64,000 bases of DNA from Chloroflexota bacterium. GTDB lineage: Bacteria > Chloroflexota > Dehalococcoidia > UBA2979. The notes below the pieces were generated by a model. The model made no database searches and was not told the origin of the DNA. It saw only the letters and a program-made list of their open reading frames with translations. Positions 43,799-52,776 of this stretch are shown one piece after another. The translations under genes were made by a program, and so were the position numbers. The stretch is from assembly GCA_027593235.1 (NCBI GenBank), contig JAQCIU010000017.1, positions 272 through 64,271 of the forward strand. Reading direction: 5' to 3'. How positions within the stretch are numbered: position 1 is the first letter of the stretch; each line of letters starts with the position of its first letter.

Positions 43799-44965
43799 GT
43801 GTCGATGGCAGATCTCTCCCCCCGTTCCTCCGCGGATCGCCCGTTGTTCGTCGTGATGTTCGGCGGCGTCGATGGCGATGGCCTCGAGGCGTTGATGCGG
43901 CGCGCGCTGGAGGCCTCGGCGCTCGATCTGCTGGAGACGGCGCTGGAGAGCGGCCGCTTCGTGGACTGCGTGCTGGTCGCCGATCGACCTCCGCTCGGGC
44001 GGTTGCCCGAGGGTGCACGGCTGCTCTTGGATGACGGCACCCAGCCGTTCCAGTTCGGCCAGCGGCTGACCGCGGTCGTTGCGGAGTCTGGCGCCACCCG
44101 CTTCGTCTACGCGGGCGCGGGTGCGGCTCCGCTGCTGGAAGCGGCGGAACTCGAAGCGCTCGCGCAGGGTGTCGCTGGCGCGGACACCGTCTGTGTCACC
44201 AACAATTTCTACTCGGCGGACCTGTTTGGCCTGCACCCGGCGGAGCTACTGGGGCGCCTCGACCCGTGGCCGTCCGCCGACAACGGCGTGCCGCGCGCGC
44301 TGAAGGAACAGCTTGGCGTCGAGGTGCGCGAGATCGCGCGCACGACTGCGACGCAGTTCAACCTCGATTCACCGATCGATCTGCTGGCGATCGCGCTCGC
44401 TGGTGCCGGCGGGCCGCGGCTACGCGCCGTCCTCGATGCCTGGGCGCCGGACACCAGCCGCGTGCGCGCGGTCGCCTGGAAGCTGACCGATCGCCACGCC
44501 GAGGTGCTGATCGCGGGCCGCGCGAACTCGCGCGCGTGGCGGTACCTGGAGCAGGAGACCGCCTGCCGCGTCCGCCTCCTGGCCGAGGAACGCGGGATGA
44601 CCGCGGCCGGACGCGATAGCGACGGCAGCGCCCGCTCGCTGCTCGGTCAGCTCGTGGAAGCGGTCGGGGCTGAGCGCTGTTTCGGTGAATTGGTGCCGCA
44701 GCTCTGCGACGCGGCGTTCATCGACATGCGTCCGCTGCTCGCGCACCTCGGGATCCACGCCTCGCGGGCCGATCGGTTCGCGGCCGATCTCGGCGACAGC
44801 GAGGCGATCGAGGACCCGCGACTGCGCGCGTTGATCGCCGCGGTTGTCGCCTCGCCGGTCCCGATCGTCCTCGGCGGTCACTCGCTGATCGCGGCGTCAC
44901 TCCAGTTGCTGAACCAGTGGGTGTGGGACGAGCACGATCGGATTGCGGCGGGCAACGAGGGCTGA
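43799..44965 (+). CDS. hypothetical protein (388 aa)
   Basis: Long ORF with a coding-like third-position GC bias. No catalytic or binding motif was recognised by eye. Confidence 0.5.
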   Translation: MSMADLSPRSSADRPLFVVMFGGVDGDGLEALMRRALEASALDLLETALESGRFVDCVLVADRPPLGRLPEGARLLLDDGTQPFQFGQRLTAVVAESGATRFVYAGAGAAPLLEAAELEALAQGVAGADTVCVTNNFYSADLFGLHPAELLGRLDPWPSADNGVPRALKEQLGVEVREIARTTATQFNLDSPIDLLAIALAGAGGPRLRAVLDAWAPDTSRVRAVAWKLTDRHAEVLIAGRANSRAWRYLEQETACRVRLLAEERGMTAAGRDSDGSARSLLGQLVEAVGAERCFGELVPQLCDAAFIDMRPLLAHLGIHASRADRFAADLGDSEAIEDPRLRALIAAVVASPVPIVLGGHSLIAASLQLLNQWVWDEHDRIAAGNEG

Positions 44966-45122
44966 TCACCTCGTGAATCGTGCCGGAGTCGTGCCTCAGG
45001 CGTGCCTGAGGCGCGCAACACGTGCACGGCACTCGACGCGCCTAGCCGGTGCCTCCGCTACGATCGAAACCCACAGCCGCCCGCACCGAAGCCACGGCAG
45101 GGCACAACAGGAGTGACTACCC

Positions 45123-46388
45123 ATGTCCGCCAGAACGATGATTGAACCGGCCCTCGCCGAGACCGATCCCGCGATCGCCGACATCATCCGCCGCGAAGAG
45201 GCCCGCCAGGGCACTGTCCTGGAGATGATCCCGTCGGAGAACTACGCCAGTCGCGCGGTGATCGAGGCCGTCGGCAGCGTGCTGACGAACAAGTACGCGG
45301 AGGGCTACCCGGGCGCTCGCTACTACCAGGGCAACGACATCGTCGACGAGGCCGAGAATCTGGCCCGCGATCGCGCGACGGAGTTGTTCGGGTTCGATCA
45401 CGCGAATGTGCAGCCGCACTCCGGCACGCAGGCGAACATGGCCGTCTACCTGGGGCTCCTGAAGCCCGGCGATACGGTGATGGGGATGCAGCTCGACGCC
45501 GGCGGGCACCTCACCCACGGGCACCCGGTCAACGCGAGCGGCAAGCTCTACCACTTCGTCTCCTACGGCGTGGATCGCGCGACCGAGCGGATCGATTACG
45601 ACGCGATGCTGGCGCTGGCGAAGGAACACCGACCGAAGGTGATCGTCGTCGGGGCGACGGCTTATCCACGGCAGATCGATTTCGCGCGCGCGCGCGCAAT
45701 CGCTGACGAGGTTGATGCGGTGCTGATGGCGGACATCGCGCACATCTCCGGCCTGATCGCCGGGGGTGCGCACCCGAGTCCGGCCGGGCACGCCCAGATC
45801 GTGACCAGTTCGACCCACAAGACGCTGCGCGGCCCGCGCGGCGGCCTCGTAATCTGCGACGCGAAGTACGCACGGCGGGTCGATCGCGGAGTGTTCCCGG
45901 GCTCGCAGGGCGGTCCGATGATGAATGTGATTGCCGCCAAGGCCGTAATGCTGAAGGAAGCGGCGACGCCGGAGTTCCGCCAGTACGCCCGCCAAACGGT
46001 CGAGAACGCCCGCATCCTGGCCGAGACGCTGGAGGACGCCGGCTTGCGGCTGGTCTCCGGCGGTACCGAGACGCACCTGGTGCTGGTCGACGTGACCCCG
46101 CTGAAGCTGGTCGGCAACGTCGCCGCGACGGCGCTCGAGGTGGCCGGCATCGTGACGAACTACAACACGATCCCCTTCGACCCACAGCCGCCGACGATCG
46201 GCTCTGGCGTGCGGATGGGCACGCCGGCGCTGACGACGCGCGGGATGGGCGCGCAGGAGATGCGCAAGGTCGCGGGATTCATCGCGCGCGCCCTCGAAGC
46301 GCACGAGGACACGGCGGAACTGGGGCGGATCCGCGCCGAGGTGAGCACGCTCTGCGAGGCGTTCCCGGCGCCGGCACTGCCTCGCTAG
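45123..46388 (+). CDS. glyA: serine hydroxymethyltransferase
   Basis: LEMIPSENY, YAEGYPG.RYY, GGHLTHG and TSSTHKTLRGPRGG (PLP lysine). Confidence 0.92.
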   Translation: MSARTMIEPALAETDPAIADIIRREEARQGTVLEMIPSENYASRAVIEAVGSVLTNKYAEGYPGARYYQGNDIVDEAENLARDRATELFGFDHANVQPHSGTQANMAVYLGLLKPGDTVMGMQLDAGGHLTHGHPVNASGKLYHFVSYGVDRATERIDYDAMLALAKEHRPKVIVVGATAYPRQIDFARARAIADEVDAVLMADIAHISGLIAGGAHPSPAGHAQIVTSSTHKTLRGPRGGLVICDAKYARRVDRGVFPGSQGGPMMNVIAAKAVMLKEAATPEFRQYARQTVENARILAETLEDAGLRLVSGGTETHLVLVDVTPLKLVGNVAATALEVAGIVTNYNTIPFDPQPPTIGSGVRMGTPALTTRGMGAQEMRKVAGFIARALEAHEDTAELGRIRAEVSTLCEAFPAPALPR

Positions 46389-46652
46389 CGGTTTCCTCGG
46401 AGCCTCGCGGACCTCGATCGTCGCGAAACGGCGTGATTGATTGGGGCGCGGGTTTGGCCGTGCGCATTGATCGCGCGGGATGCGCTCCATACACTCGCTA
46501 CTTCGAGACGGGGTGACGAACCAACCGAAGCCCGGTCGCCGGCAACGGCACCGGGCCTTCGTATGCTCCCCGTCGCTGGTCGGGGCGTCGATTGCGCGGC
46601 AAGACCGCGCCTCGAGGCGGCGCTCCCATCGTCCATGATCAGCGGAGGATCC

Positions 46653-47189
46653 GTGAACGAATACGAATTGATGTATGTGCTCCACCCGCGCCTGACCGCG
46701 GAGGAGCTTGACGCCGCCGTCGAGCGCATCTCCGCGCTCGTTTCCGGCCCCGGTGGACAAATCCTGAGCGTCGACCGTTGGGGTCGCCGCCGGTTGGCGT
46801 ACCCGATCGACCGCAACCTCGAGGGCTATTACGTGCTCTCGACGTTCCGCGCGTCGCCGGAGATCTGCCAGCCGCTGGAGAACCAGCTCAACCTCTCCGA
46901 GGATGTGCTCCGGCATCTCCTCATTCGTGGCATTATTCCTTACGAGGAGCCGCCGCGTGACGAGCGCGTTGCCGCCGATCGTGAACGACCGTCGCGTCCG
47001 CCCCGGGACGACGATCGGCGTCCGCGTGACGACGACGGCGATGACGACAACGACGACAACGACGACGACGAGGCGACCGAGGATGCTCCAGTGGCAGTCG
47101 CAGCGGCTCCGGTCGCCGCGGCTCCTGTTGAAGCAGCGGCCCCGGTGGCTGCGGCTCCCGCTGAAGCGACGGCTCCGACCGACGAGTAA
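46653..47189 (+). CDS. rpsF: 30S ribosomal protein S6 with a long acidic/Ala-Pro C-terminal tail
   Basis: YELMYVLHP...WGRRRLAYPI is the S6 core. The GTG at 46653 follows GGAGGA. The tail is rich in D, N, A, P and V. Confidence 0.88.
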   Translation: MNEYELMYVLHPRLTAEELDAAVERISALVSGPGGQILSVDRWGRRRLAYPIDRNLEGYYVLSTFRASPEICQPLENQLNLSEDVLRHLLIRGIIPYEEPPRDERVAADRERPSRPPRDDDRRPRDDDGDDDNDDNDDDEATEDAPVAVAAAPVAAAPVEAAAPVAAAPAEATAPTDE

Positions 47190-47240
47190 CCGTCGGTCGG
47201 GAGTCACGACCGAGACACTCTCCCCGTTCGGAGCGCTGCA

Positions 47241-47654
47241 ATGCTGAACAAGTGCATGATTATTGGAAACCTGGGCGCCGATCCGGAGATGCGTTACACG
47301 GCAAATGGCACAGCCGTGACCAACTTCAACGTCGCGACGTCCCGCAACTACACCAACACCCAGGGTGAACGGGTCGACGAAACGGAATGGTTCTCCGTCG
47401 TCGCCTGGAATCGCCTGGGAGAAACCTGTGCGCAATACCTCGCGAAGGGCCGACAGGTCTACGTGGAGGGGCGCATGCAGACCCGATCCTGGGACGGCCA
47501 GGATGGGCAGAAGCGCTATAAGACCGAGCTCGTCGCGGAGACGGTGAAGTTCCTGGGTGGTCGTGGCGACCGTCCAGCGGAAGGCTTCACGCCCGGGATG
47601 GCGGTCGGCGCTGATACCGAGGGCGACCTCGATCCAGACGACCTTCCCTTCTAG
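47241..47654 (+). CDS. ssb: single-stranded DNA-binding protein
   Basis: MLNKCMIIGNLGADPEMRYT, TEWFSVVAWNRLGE and the C-terminal acidic tip DDLPF. Confidence 0.92.
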   Translation: MLNKCMIIGNLGADPEMRYTANGTAVTNFNVATSRNYTNTQGERVDETEWFSVVAWNRLGETCAQYLAKGRQVYVEGRMQTRSWDGQDGQKRYKTELVAETVKFLGGRGDRPAEGFTPGMAVGADTEGDLDPDDLPF

Positions 47655-47678
47655 CGACCCCCAGAGCAGGAGCGACCG

Positions 47679-48044
47679 ATGACCTTTGACCGAGACGACC
47701 GTGGAGACCGCGGGGATCGTGGCGATCGCGGAGACCGTGGAGATCGCGGCGACCGCGGTGACCGCGGCGGCGATGACCGGCCGCGCCGCGGGCGCCGTCG
47801 CTGTGACATCTGCATGGCGAAGCCGCTGGTCGTCGACTACAAAGACATCGCGTCGCTGCGCCGCTTCCTGAACGAGCACGGGCAGATCGAGGGCCGCCGC
47901 AAGGTTGGCTGCAGTGCGAAGTGCCAGCGCGCGATCGCGACCGCTGTGAAGCGGGCGCGTCAGGTGGCGCTGTTGCCGTACACCTCGGAGCACGTGCGGG
48001 TCAGCGGCATCGCCGTTGGTCGCCCGAGTCCAACGCGCCGGTAG
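47679..48044 (+). CDS. rpsR: 30S ribosomal protein S18 with an N-terminal (DRG)8 repeat
   Basis: The VVDYKDIASLRRFLNEHGQIEGRRKVGCSAKCQRAIATAVKRARQVALLPY core is canonical S18. It is preceded by DRDDRGDRGDRG... Confidence 0.9.
   Translation: MTFDRDDRGDRGDRGDRGDRGDRGDRGDRGGDDRPRRGRRRCDICMAKPLVVDYKDIASLRRFLNEHGQIEGRRKVGCSAKCQRAIATAVKRARQVALLPYTSEHVRVSGIAVGRPSPTRR
47697..47768 (+). repeat. eight tandem 9-nt units (GAY-CGN-GGN) encoding (Asp-Arg-Gly)8
   Basis: Read directly: gaccgtgga gaccgcggg gatcgtggc gatcgcgga gaccgtgga gatcgcggc gaccgcggt gaccgcggc. The units differ only at synonymous positions. Confidence 0.9.
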
Positions 48045-48143
48045 CCGATTCGCCGAGTTCGACACCACCACCAGCGCCGCCACTGACGCTCCCCACGGCC
48101 ATCAGTTGTTTTCGGCGGCGCGCCAGGGGAGGACAGAACGCGC

Positions 48144-49259
48144 ATGGCGCGTGAGCGGGAGCGTCGAGGGCGCGCGGCTGAGCGAGAGCGAGCCGAACGC
48201 CAGACCAGACTGATTACGATGGGCGTCGTGGCGGTCCTTGCGATCGCCGGGTTGCTGATCCTGTCCGGGCTGTATGTCACCAAGTACTTGCCGCCGCGTG
48301 CGCGGGTCCTGACCGTCGAGGATCACAGCTACCAGGCGCGCCAAATTGCTGATCGCGCCGTGTACCTGGCCTTCTTCGAGGGCAGCGTTTCCGGGATCGG
48401 CGACATCGCCCGCGAGATCCTCGATCACGTGATCGAGGAAGAGGCGCTGCGCCGCGTCGGCGCCACCACCGTGGACGCCGTGACACCCGCCGATATCGAG
48501 CGCGAACTCAACCTCGATCTCGGCCTGATCGAGGACGATCCCAGCCCAACCGCGACTCCCGAGGCAACTGCCACCGCGGATCCGTCGGCTACCGCCGAGG
48601 GCACCGCCACCGCCGAGGCGACTGGCACGGCAGAGGCGACCGCCGATCCGACGGCCGAAGCGACGATCGATCCCCAGGCGTTCGCCGATGCGTTGACGAC
48701 GTTCCTGCGAAACACCGGCCTCAGTCGCGCCGAGTACGAGGCAATTATCGAGGCGCGCCTGTACCGCCAGCGGTTGCGCGATCACTTCAAAGCAGAGGTC
48801 GGCAGCTCCGGCGTGCAGGTGCGCCTGCAGCGGATCCGCGTCAGCACGCAGCTCGCGGCTGATCAGACGATCGCGGCGCTCGAGGCCGGCGGTGACTTCG
48901 CGCTCCTCGCCGACGAGCAGTCGGTCGCCACCGAGGACGGCGAAGGCGGCGAGATCGGTTGGACCGCTGGCGTACTGCAGAGCGACGACGTTCAGGCGGC
49001 GATCGCCGATCTGGAGCCGGGCCAGTGGACGGCGCCGATCACCTCCGGGCTGTTCTTCGAGATTTACCTCGTTGCCGAGGTCGCCGAGGATCGCGCGTAC
49101 GAAACCGCGATCGTGACTTCACTGACGCGCGTGCGGCTCGATGACTGGCTGGCGACGACGATCGCGTCACTCGACGTGGACGAGGACCTGTCCGCCGACG
49201 AGGAATCGTGGATTAACGATCGGGTGCTGGCGGACGTAACCTCGCGGCTGGGGGGTTAG
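48144..49259 (+). CDS. membrane-anchored parvulin-type peptidyl-prolyl isomerase (PrsA/SurA-like)
   Basis: N-terminal TM helix, an Ala/Thr/Glu/Pro low-complexity linker, and a rotamase domain with GGEIGWTAG...GQWTAPITSGLFFEIYLV. Confidence 0.7.
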   Translation: MARERERRGRAAERERAERQTRLITMGVVAVLAIAGLLILSGLYVTKYLPPRARVLTVEDHSYQARQIADRAVYLAFFEGSVSGIGDIAREILDHVIEEEALRRVGATTVDAVTPADIERELNLDLGLIEDDPSPTATPEATATADPSATAEGTATAEATGTAEATADPTAEATIDPQAFADALTTFLRNTGLSRAEYEAIIEARLYRQRLRDHFKAEVGSSGVQVRLQRIRVSTQLAADQTIAALEAGGDFALLADEQSVATEDGEGGEIGWTAGVLQSDDVQAAIADLEPGQWTAPITSGLFFEIYLVAEVAEDRAYETAIVTSLTRVRLDDWLATTIASLDVDEDLSADEESWINDRVLADVTSRLGG

Positions 49260-49263
49260 TGGC

Positions 49264-50565
49264 GTGACCGAGCCGGTCGGGGTCTCAATGCTGGGCGCGG
49301 GGAACGTGGGTGGCGGCGTGATCGCCGCCGTGACCGCGTCTGCCGCCCGCTACGAACGCACGATCGGTCGCCCGCTGGAACTGCGCCGCGCCCTCGTGCG
49401 CGACGTCGGCCGGGCGCGCCCGGGCCTCGATCGGTCGCAGCTCACCACGGATCTGGCGGACATTCTCGCGGACGCGGGGACGCAGATCGTGATCGAGCTG
49501 ATGGGCGGCGAGGATCCCGCTCACGACTACATCGCACAGGTGCTCGCCTCCGGTCGTCACGTCGTGACGGCGAACAAAGAGGTGATGGCGAAGCACGGCG
49601 CGGAGCTGCTGGCGCTCGCTGCGAAGCACGACGTACGGCTGCTCTACGAAGCCTCGGTTGGCGGCGGCATCCCGATCATCAGCCCGCTCTCCCGCGATCT
49701 GCTGGCGAACGAGGTCACGGCCGTGACCGCCATCATCAACGGCACCACCAACTTCATGCTGACCGCGATGGCGACCGAGGGCGCCGACTACGCCGATGTG
49801 CTGGCGGAGGCGCAGCGCCTGGGCTACGCCGAGCCCGATCCGACGGCCGACGTCGAGGGCTTCGACGCGGCGTACAAGCTCGCGATCCTCTGTGGCCTCG
49901 CCTTCGGGCTGGAGATCGCGCCCGACGCGATCGATCGCCAGGGCATCTCGTCGCTGACCGCGCGTGACTTCGAGTACGCGGCGGAGCTGGGTTACACGAT
50001 CAAGCTGCTCGCCGGCGCGCGCCTCAACGACGGCGCGCTGATCGCGAGCGTCCGGCCGACGCTGATCGATCGCGACGAACCGCTGGCCAAGGTCGACGGG
50101 GTGCTGAACGCGGTGCAGATCGAGGGCGACCTCGTGGGCCGCGTGCTCTTCGAGGGCCCCGGCGCCGGTGCGGCGCCGACCGCGAGTGCGGTCTTGGCCG
50201 ACGTGCTGGAGCTGGTCCGCGACATCGTCGCCGGGCGCGCTCCGCTCCCGGTCGCGCCGCTTGCGCCGGGTCGCGTGGTCCCGCCCGCCTCGCACCGTTC
50301 GCGCTACTACGTGCGGCTGACGGTGCCGGATCAGGCTGGCGTACTGGCGCAGATCGCCGGCGCGCTGGGCGACCGCGACGTGAGCATCGCTTCCGTGCTC
50401 CAGTTCGAAGATGACGAGGACGCCGGTACCGCGGAGCTGGTCCTCACCACCCACCTCGCCGCGGGCGGCGACGTGCTCGAGGCGTTGCACCAGATCGAGA
50501 GCGCGGGCGTCGTGCAGCGGGTCGGCAACGTGCTGCCGATCGCCGGCCAGGGTGGCGCGCGGTGA
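49264..50565 (+). CDS. hom: homoserine dehydrogenase
   Basis: LGAGNVGGGV NAD loop, TANK, GGIPII, GI.NGTTNF and a C-terminal ACT domain. Confidence 0.9.
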   Translation: MTEPVGVSMLGAGNVGGGVIAAVTASAARYERTIGRPLELRRALVRDVGRARPGLDRSQLTTDLADILADAGTQIVIELMGGEDPAHDYIAQVLASGRHVVTANKEVMAKHGAELLALAAKHDVRLLYEASVGGGIPIISPLSRDLLANEVTAVTAIINGTTNFMLTAMATEGADYADVLAEAQRLGYAEPDPTADVEGFDAAYKLAILCGLAFGLEIAPDAIDRQGISSLTARDFEYAAELGYTIKLLAGARLNDGALIASVRPTLIDRDEPLAKVDGVLNAVQIEGDLVGRVLFEGPGAGAAPTASAVLADVLELVRDIVAGRAPLPVAPLAPGRVVPPASHRSRYYVRLTVPDQAGVLAQIAGALGDRDVSIASVLQFEDDEDAGTAELVLTTHLAAGGDVLEALHQIESAGVVQRVGNVLPIAGQGGAR

Positions 50566-51566
50566 CCGCCGATCGCCCGATCCCGATCCCGCTTGGCGTC
50601 GCGCGCATCGACGAGCTGGCACGCGAACTGAGCCACTCACGGGCGATGCTCGAGGTGCTGCGTACCGAGGTGACCGCCCTCGAGGGCCAACTCCAGACCG
50701 TCGAGGGCCGCACGCTCCGCCACGAGGCCGGACAGGATCTTGCGCGCGAGGTAAAGAGCGAACTCGCGGGCCTCGACGAGCGGCTCGCCTCCGAGGCGAC
50801 GCTGCGCCGCGATCTGGGTGCGCTCGTCGAGCGGGCGGCGACCCGCGACCGTGAGTTCGAGTCGGAGCTGCGGCGCGCGCTGGAGGTGATCGCCTCACGC
50901 CTCGATCTGTTCGAGGGCCACCAGACGGCGGGAGAGGAACGTCAGCGAGCGCTTCGCGCGGTCGCGGCGGAACGCAGCGGCGTCGATCAACTGCACGACG
51001 AACGGCTGGTCACCCTCGAGCGGCAGGTGGCGGCACAGCGTGACGCGGCGATCGAGAACGCGCAGGAGCTGGCGACCGTGAGCGCGCGGCTGCCAGATCT
51101 GGATCGGCGGCTCGACGAGCTGACCAGCGAAGCGGCTGCGGCGCGCGTGGCGCGACAGCGGATGGAGGCGGAGATCGCCTCGCTCCGCTCGATTCGTGAT
51201 CGCGAAGCCGAGGTGCTCGATCTCCTCGAACAGCAGCGGGCGACGCGCACCCGTCACGAAAGCCGGCTCTCGGAGATCGAGGAACTGGTCGCGGCGAGCC
51301 AGATCGCGCTGGGCGAGGCCGCCGAGGAACGCGCGCGGCTCGTCCGCGAGCAAGCGGGCGCGGCGGAGCGGCTCGGCCGGCTCGGCGAACGGCTGGAGGG
51401 GCTGCGCATCTCGATCGTCGAGCACATGCGCCGTCAGGTGCGCGCCGAAGAGCAGTCCGGTCGGAGGATCGTCGAAGAGACCGAGCGGGAGTTGCGCGTC
51501 TCGCGCACGCTGCTGACGAGAATGTCCGAACAGACAGAGGACGCCGTGATGGAGCAACCGCTGTGA
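50562..51566 (+). CDS. 334-aa coiled-coil protein of unknown function
   Basis: Almost entirely heptad-like and rich in E, R, L and A, with no TM segment. Its GTG overlaps the hom stop (GTGA), and its own stop overlaps the thrC GTG (GTGA). Confidence 0.55.
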   Translation: MTADRPIPIPLGVARIDELARELSHSRAMLEVLRTEVTALEGQLQTVEGRTLRHEAGQDLAREVKSELAGLDERLASEATLRRDLGALVERAATRDREFESELRRALEVIASRLDLFEGHQTAGEERQRALRAVAAERSGVDQLHDERLVTLERQVAAQRDAAIENAQELATVSARLPDLDRRLDELTSEAAAARVARQRMEAEIASLRSIRDREAEVLDLLEQQRATRTRHESRLSEIEELVAASQIALGEAAEERARLVREQAGAAERLGRLGERLEGLRISIVEHMRRQVRAEEQSGRRIVEETERELRVSRTLLTRMSEQTEDAVMEQPL

Positions 51567-52651
51567 GCGCGCCGTCGGTTGCCGCGCACCCGTTGAGCGG
51601 TGACAGCCGCTTCATCCTCCAGCGCTACCGCGACTTGCTGCCGATTACCGATGAGACGCCGATGGTCACGCTGGGCGAGGGCGGCACGCCGCTGATCCGC
51701 TCGCGTGTCCTGGAGCGAGAGCTGGGCCTCGAGGCGCTCTACTTCAAGGCGGAGTTCACCAACCCGACCGGTTCGTTTAAGGATCGCGGGATGGTGCTGG
51801 CGGTCGCGAAAGCGGCCGAGGCCGGCGCGCAGGCGGTGATTTGCGCCTCCACGGGCAACACCTCGGCCTCGGCGGCTGCGTACGCGGTGCGGCACGGGCT
51901 GGAGGCGATCGTCGTCGTGCCCTCGGGCAACATCGCGATGGGGAAGCTGGCCCAGGCGGTCGCCCACGGCGCGACGATCGTTGGCATCGACGGGTCGTTC
52001 GACGACGCGCTGCGGATCGTGCGCGAGCTATCGGAGCGCCACCCGGTCGCGCTCGTGAACTCGGTGAACCCGCACCGTATCGAAGGTCAGAAGACGGGCG
52101 CATTCGAGATCGCGGACGAACTGGAACGCGCGCCCGATCTGCTCTGCATCCCGGTCGGCAACGCGGGCAACATCACCGCCTACTGGCGCGGATTCACGGA
52201 GTACTACCACCTGGAGAAGATCGCGACGCGACCGCGAATGCGGGGGTTCCAGGCGGCCGGCGCGGCGCCGCTGGTCTCCGGATCGCCCGTGGCGAAGCCG
52301 GAGACGATCGCGACCGCGATCCGGATCGGCAACCCGGCCTCGTGGGATGGCGCGATCAGCGCCCGCGACGAGTCTGGCGGCACGATCACTGCGGTGACCG
52401 ACGACGAGATCCTGAACGCGTACCGCCGGCTGGCGGCGGACGAAGGGATCTTCTGCGAGCCGGCCTCCGCCGCCTCGGTCGCCGGCCTGCTTCAGCGTCG
52501 TGCCGCGGGTGAGGATTTCGGCGGCCAGACGGCCGTCTGCATCATCACCGGCGCGGGCCTCAAGGATCCGGATACGGCACTGCAGATCGACGCGCGCCGC
52601 GTCGAATCAGCCGCCGAGACCGCCGCCGTGGAGCACGCGCTGGGTTGGTGA
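51563..52651 (+). CDS. thrC: threonine synthase (housekeeping type)
   Basis: [17 protein letters not shown] (PLP lysine), [14 protein letters not shown] and GNAGN. It sits downstream of hom. Confidence 0.9.
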   Translation: MSAPSVAAHPLSGDSRFILQRYRDLLPITDETPMVTLGEGGTPLIRSRVLERELGLEALYFKAEFTNPTGSFKDRGMVLAVAKAAEAGAQAVICASTGNTSASAAAYAVRHGLEAIVVVPSGNIAMGKLAQAVAHGATIVGIDGSFDDALRIVRELSERHPVALVNSVNPHRIEGQKTGAFEIADELERAPDLLCIPVGNAGNITAYWRGFTEYYHLEKIATRPRMRGFQAAGAAPLVSGSPVAKPETIATAIRIGNPASWDGAISARDESGGTITAVTDDEILNAYRRLAADEGIFCEPASAASVAGLLQRRAAGEDFGGQTAVCIITGAGLKDPDTALQIDARRVESAAETAAVEHALGW

Positions 52652-52776
52652 CAGCCCCGACCCTCCTCGATTGGTCCGCGTGATACGCTGAAGGTTACAG
52701 GGCACATGCATTTCTACTGTGCCCTCGGCGACTGATCGTCGTGCATGCCCGTCCGCTGAGAATGAGGCCCCCGCGC

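Noticed and set aside
44966-45122. ZTP (pfl) or THF riboswitch upstream of glyA
   Set aside because: Only a perfect 9-bp hairpin (GCCTCAGGC-GT-GCCTGAGGC, 44994-45013) and a TACGAT -10-like hexamer are visible. The conserved ZTP elements (GGGUCGUG ... CCGCCUGGGC pseudoknot) could not be found by eye. A cmsearch with RF01750 and RF01831 would settle it.
47690-47775. CRISPR-like or microsatellite array
   Set aside because: The 9-nt periodic repeat lies inside the rpsR reading frame and has no spacers. It is a coding tripeptide repeat, not a CRISPR array. No cas genes are in the window.
45117-48083. 988-aa minus-strand ORF spanning glyA, rpsF, ssb and rpsR
   Set aside because: It is antisense to four genes with unmistakable conserved motifs, and its translation is a low-complexity R/A/G/P-rich string. 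Long stop-free antisense frames are expected at about 70% GC.
52699-52725. Hairpin AGGGCACA-N11-TGTGCCCT after thrC, considered as a rho-independent terminator
   Set aside because: No U-tract follows, the loop is AT-rich and 11 nt long, and it lies downstream of a TGATACGCT -10-like element. It could equally be part of the mshA-like 5' UTR, so it is left uncalled.
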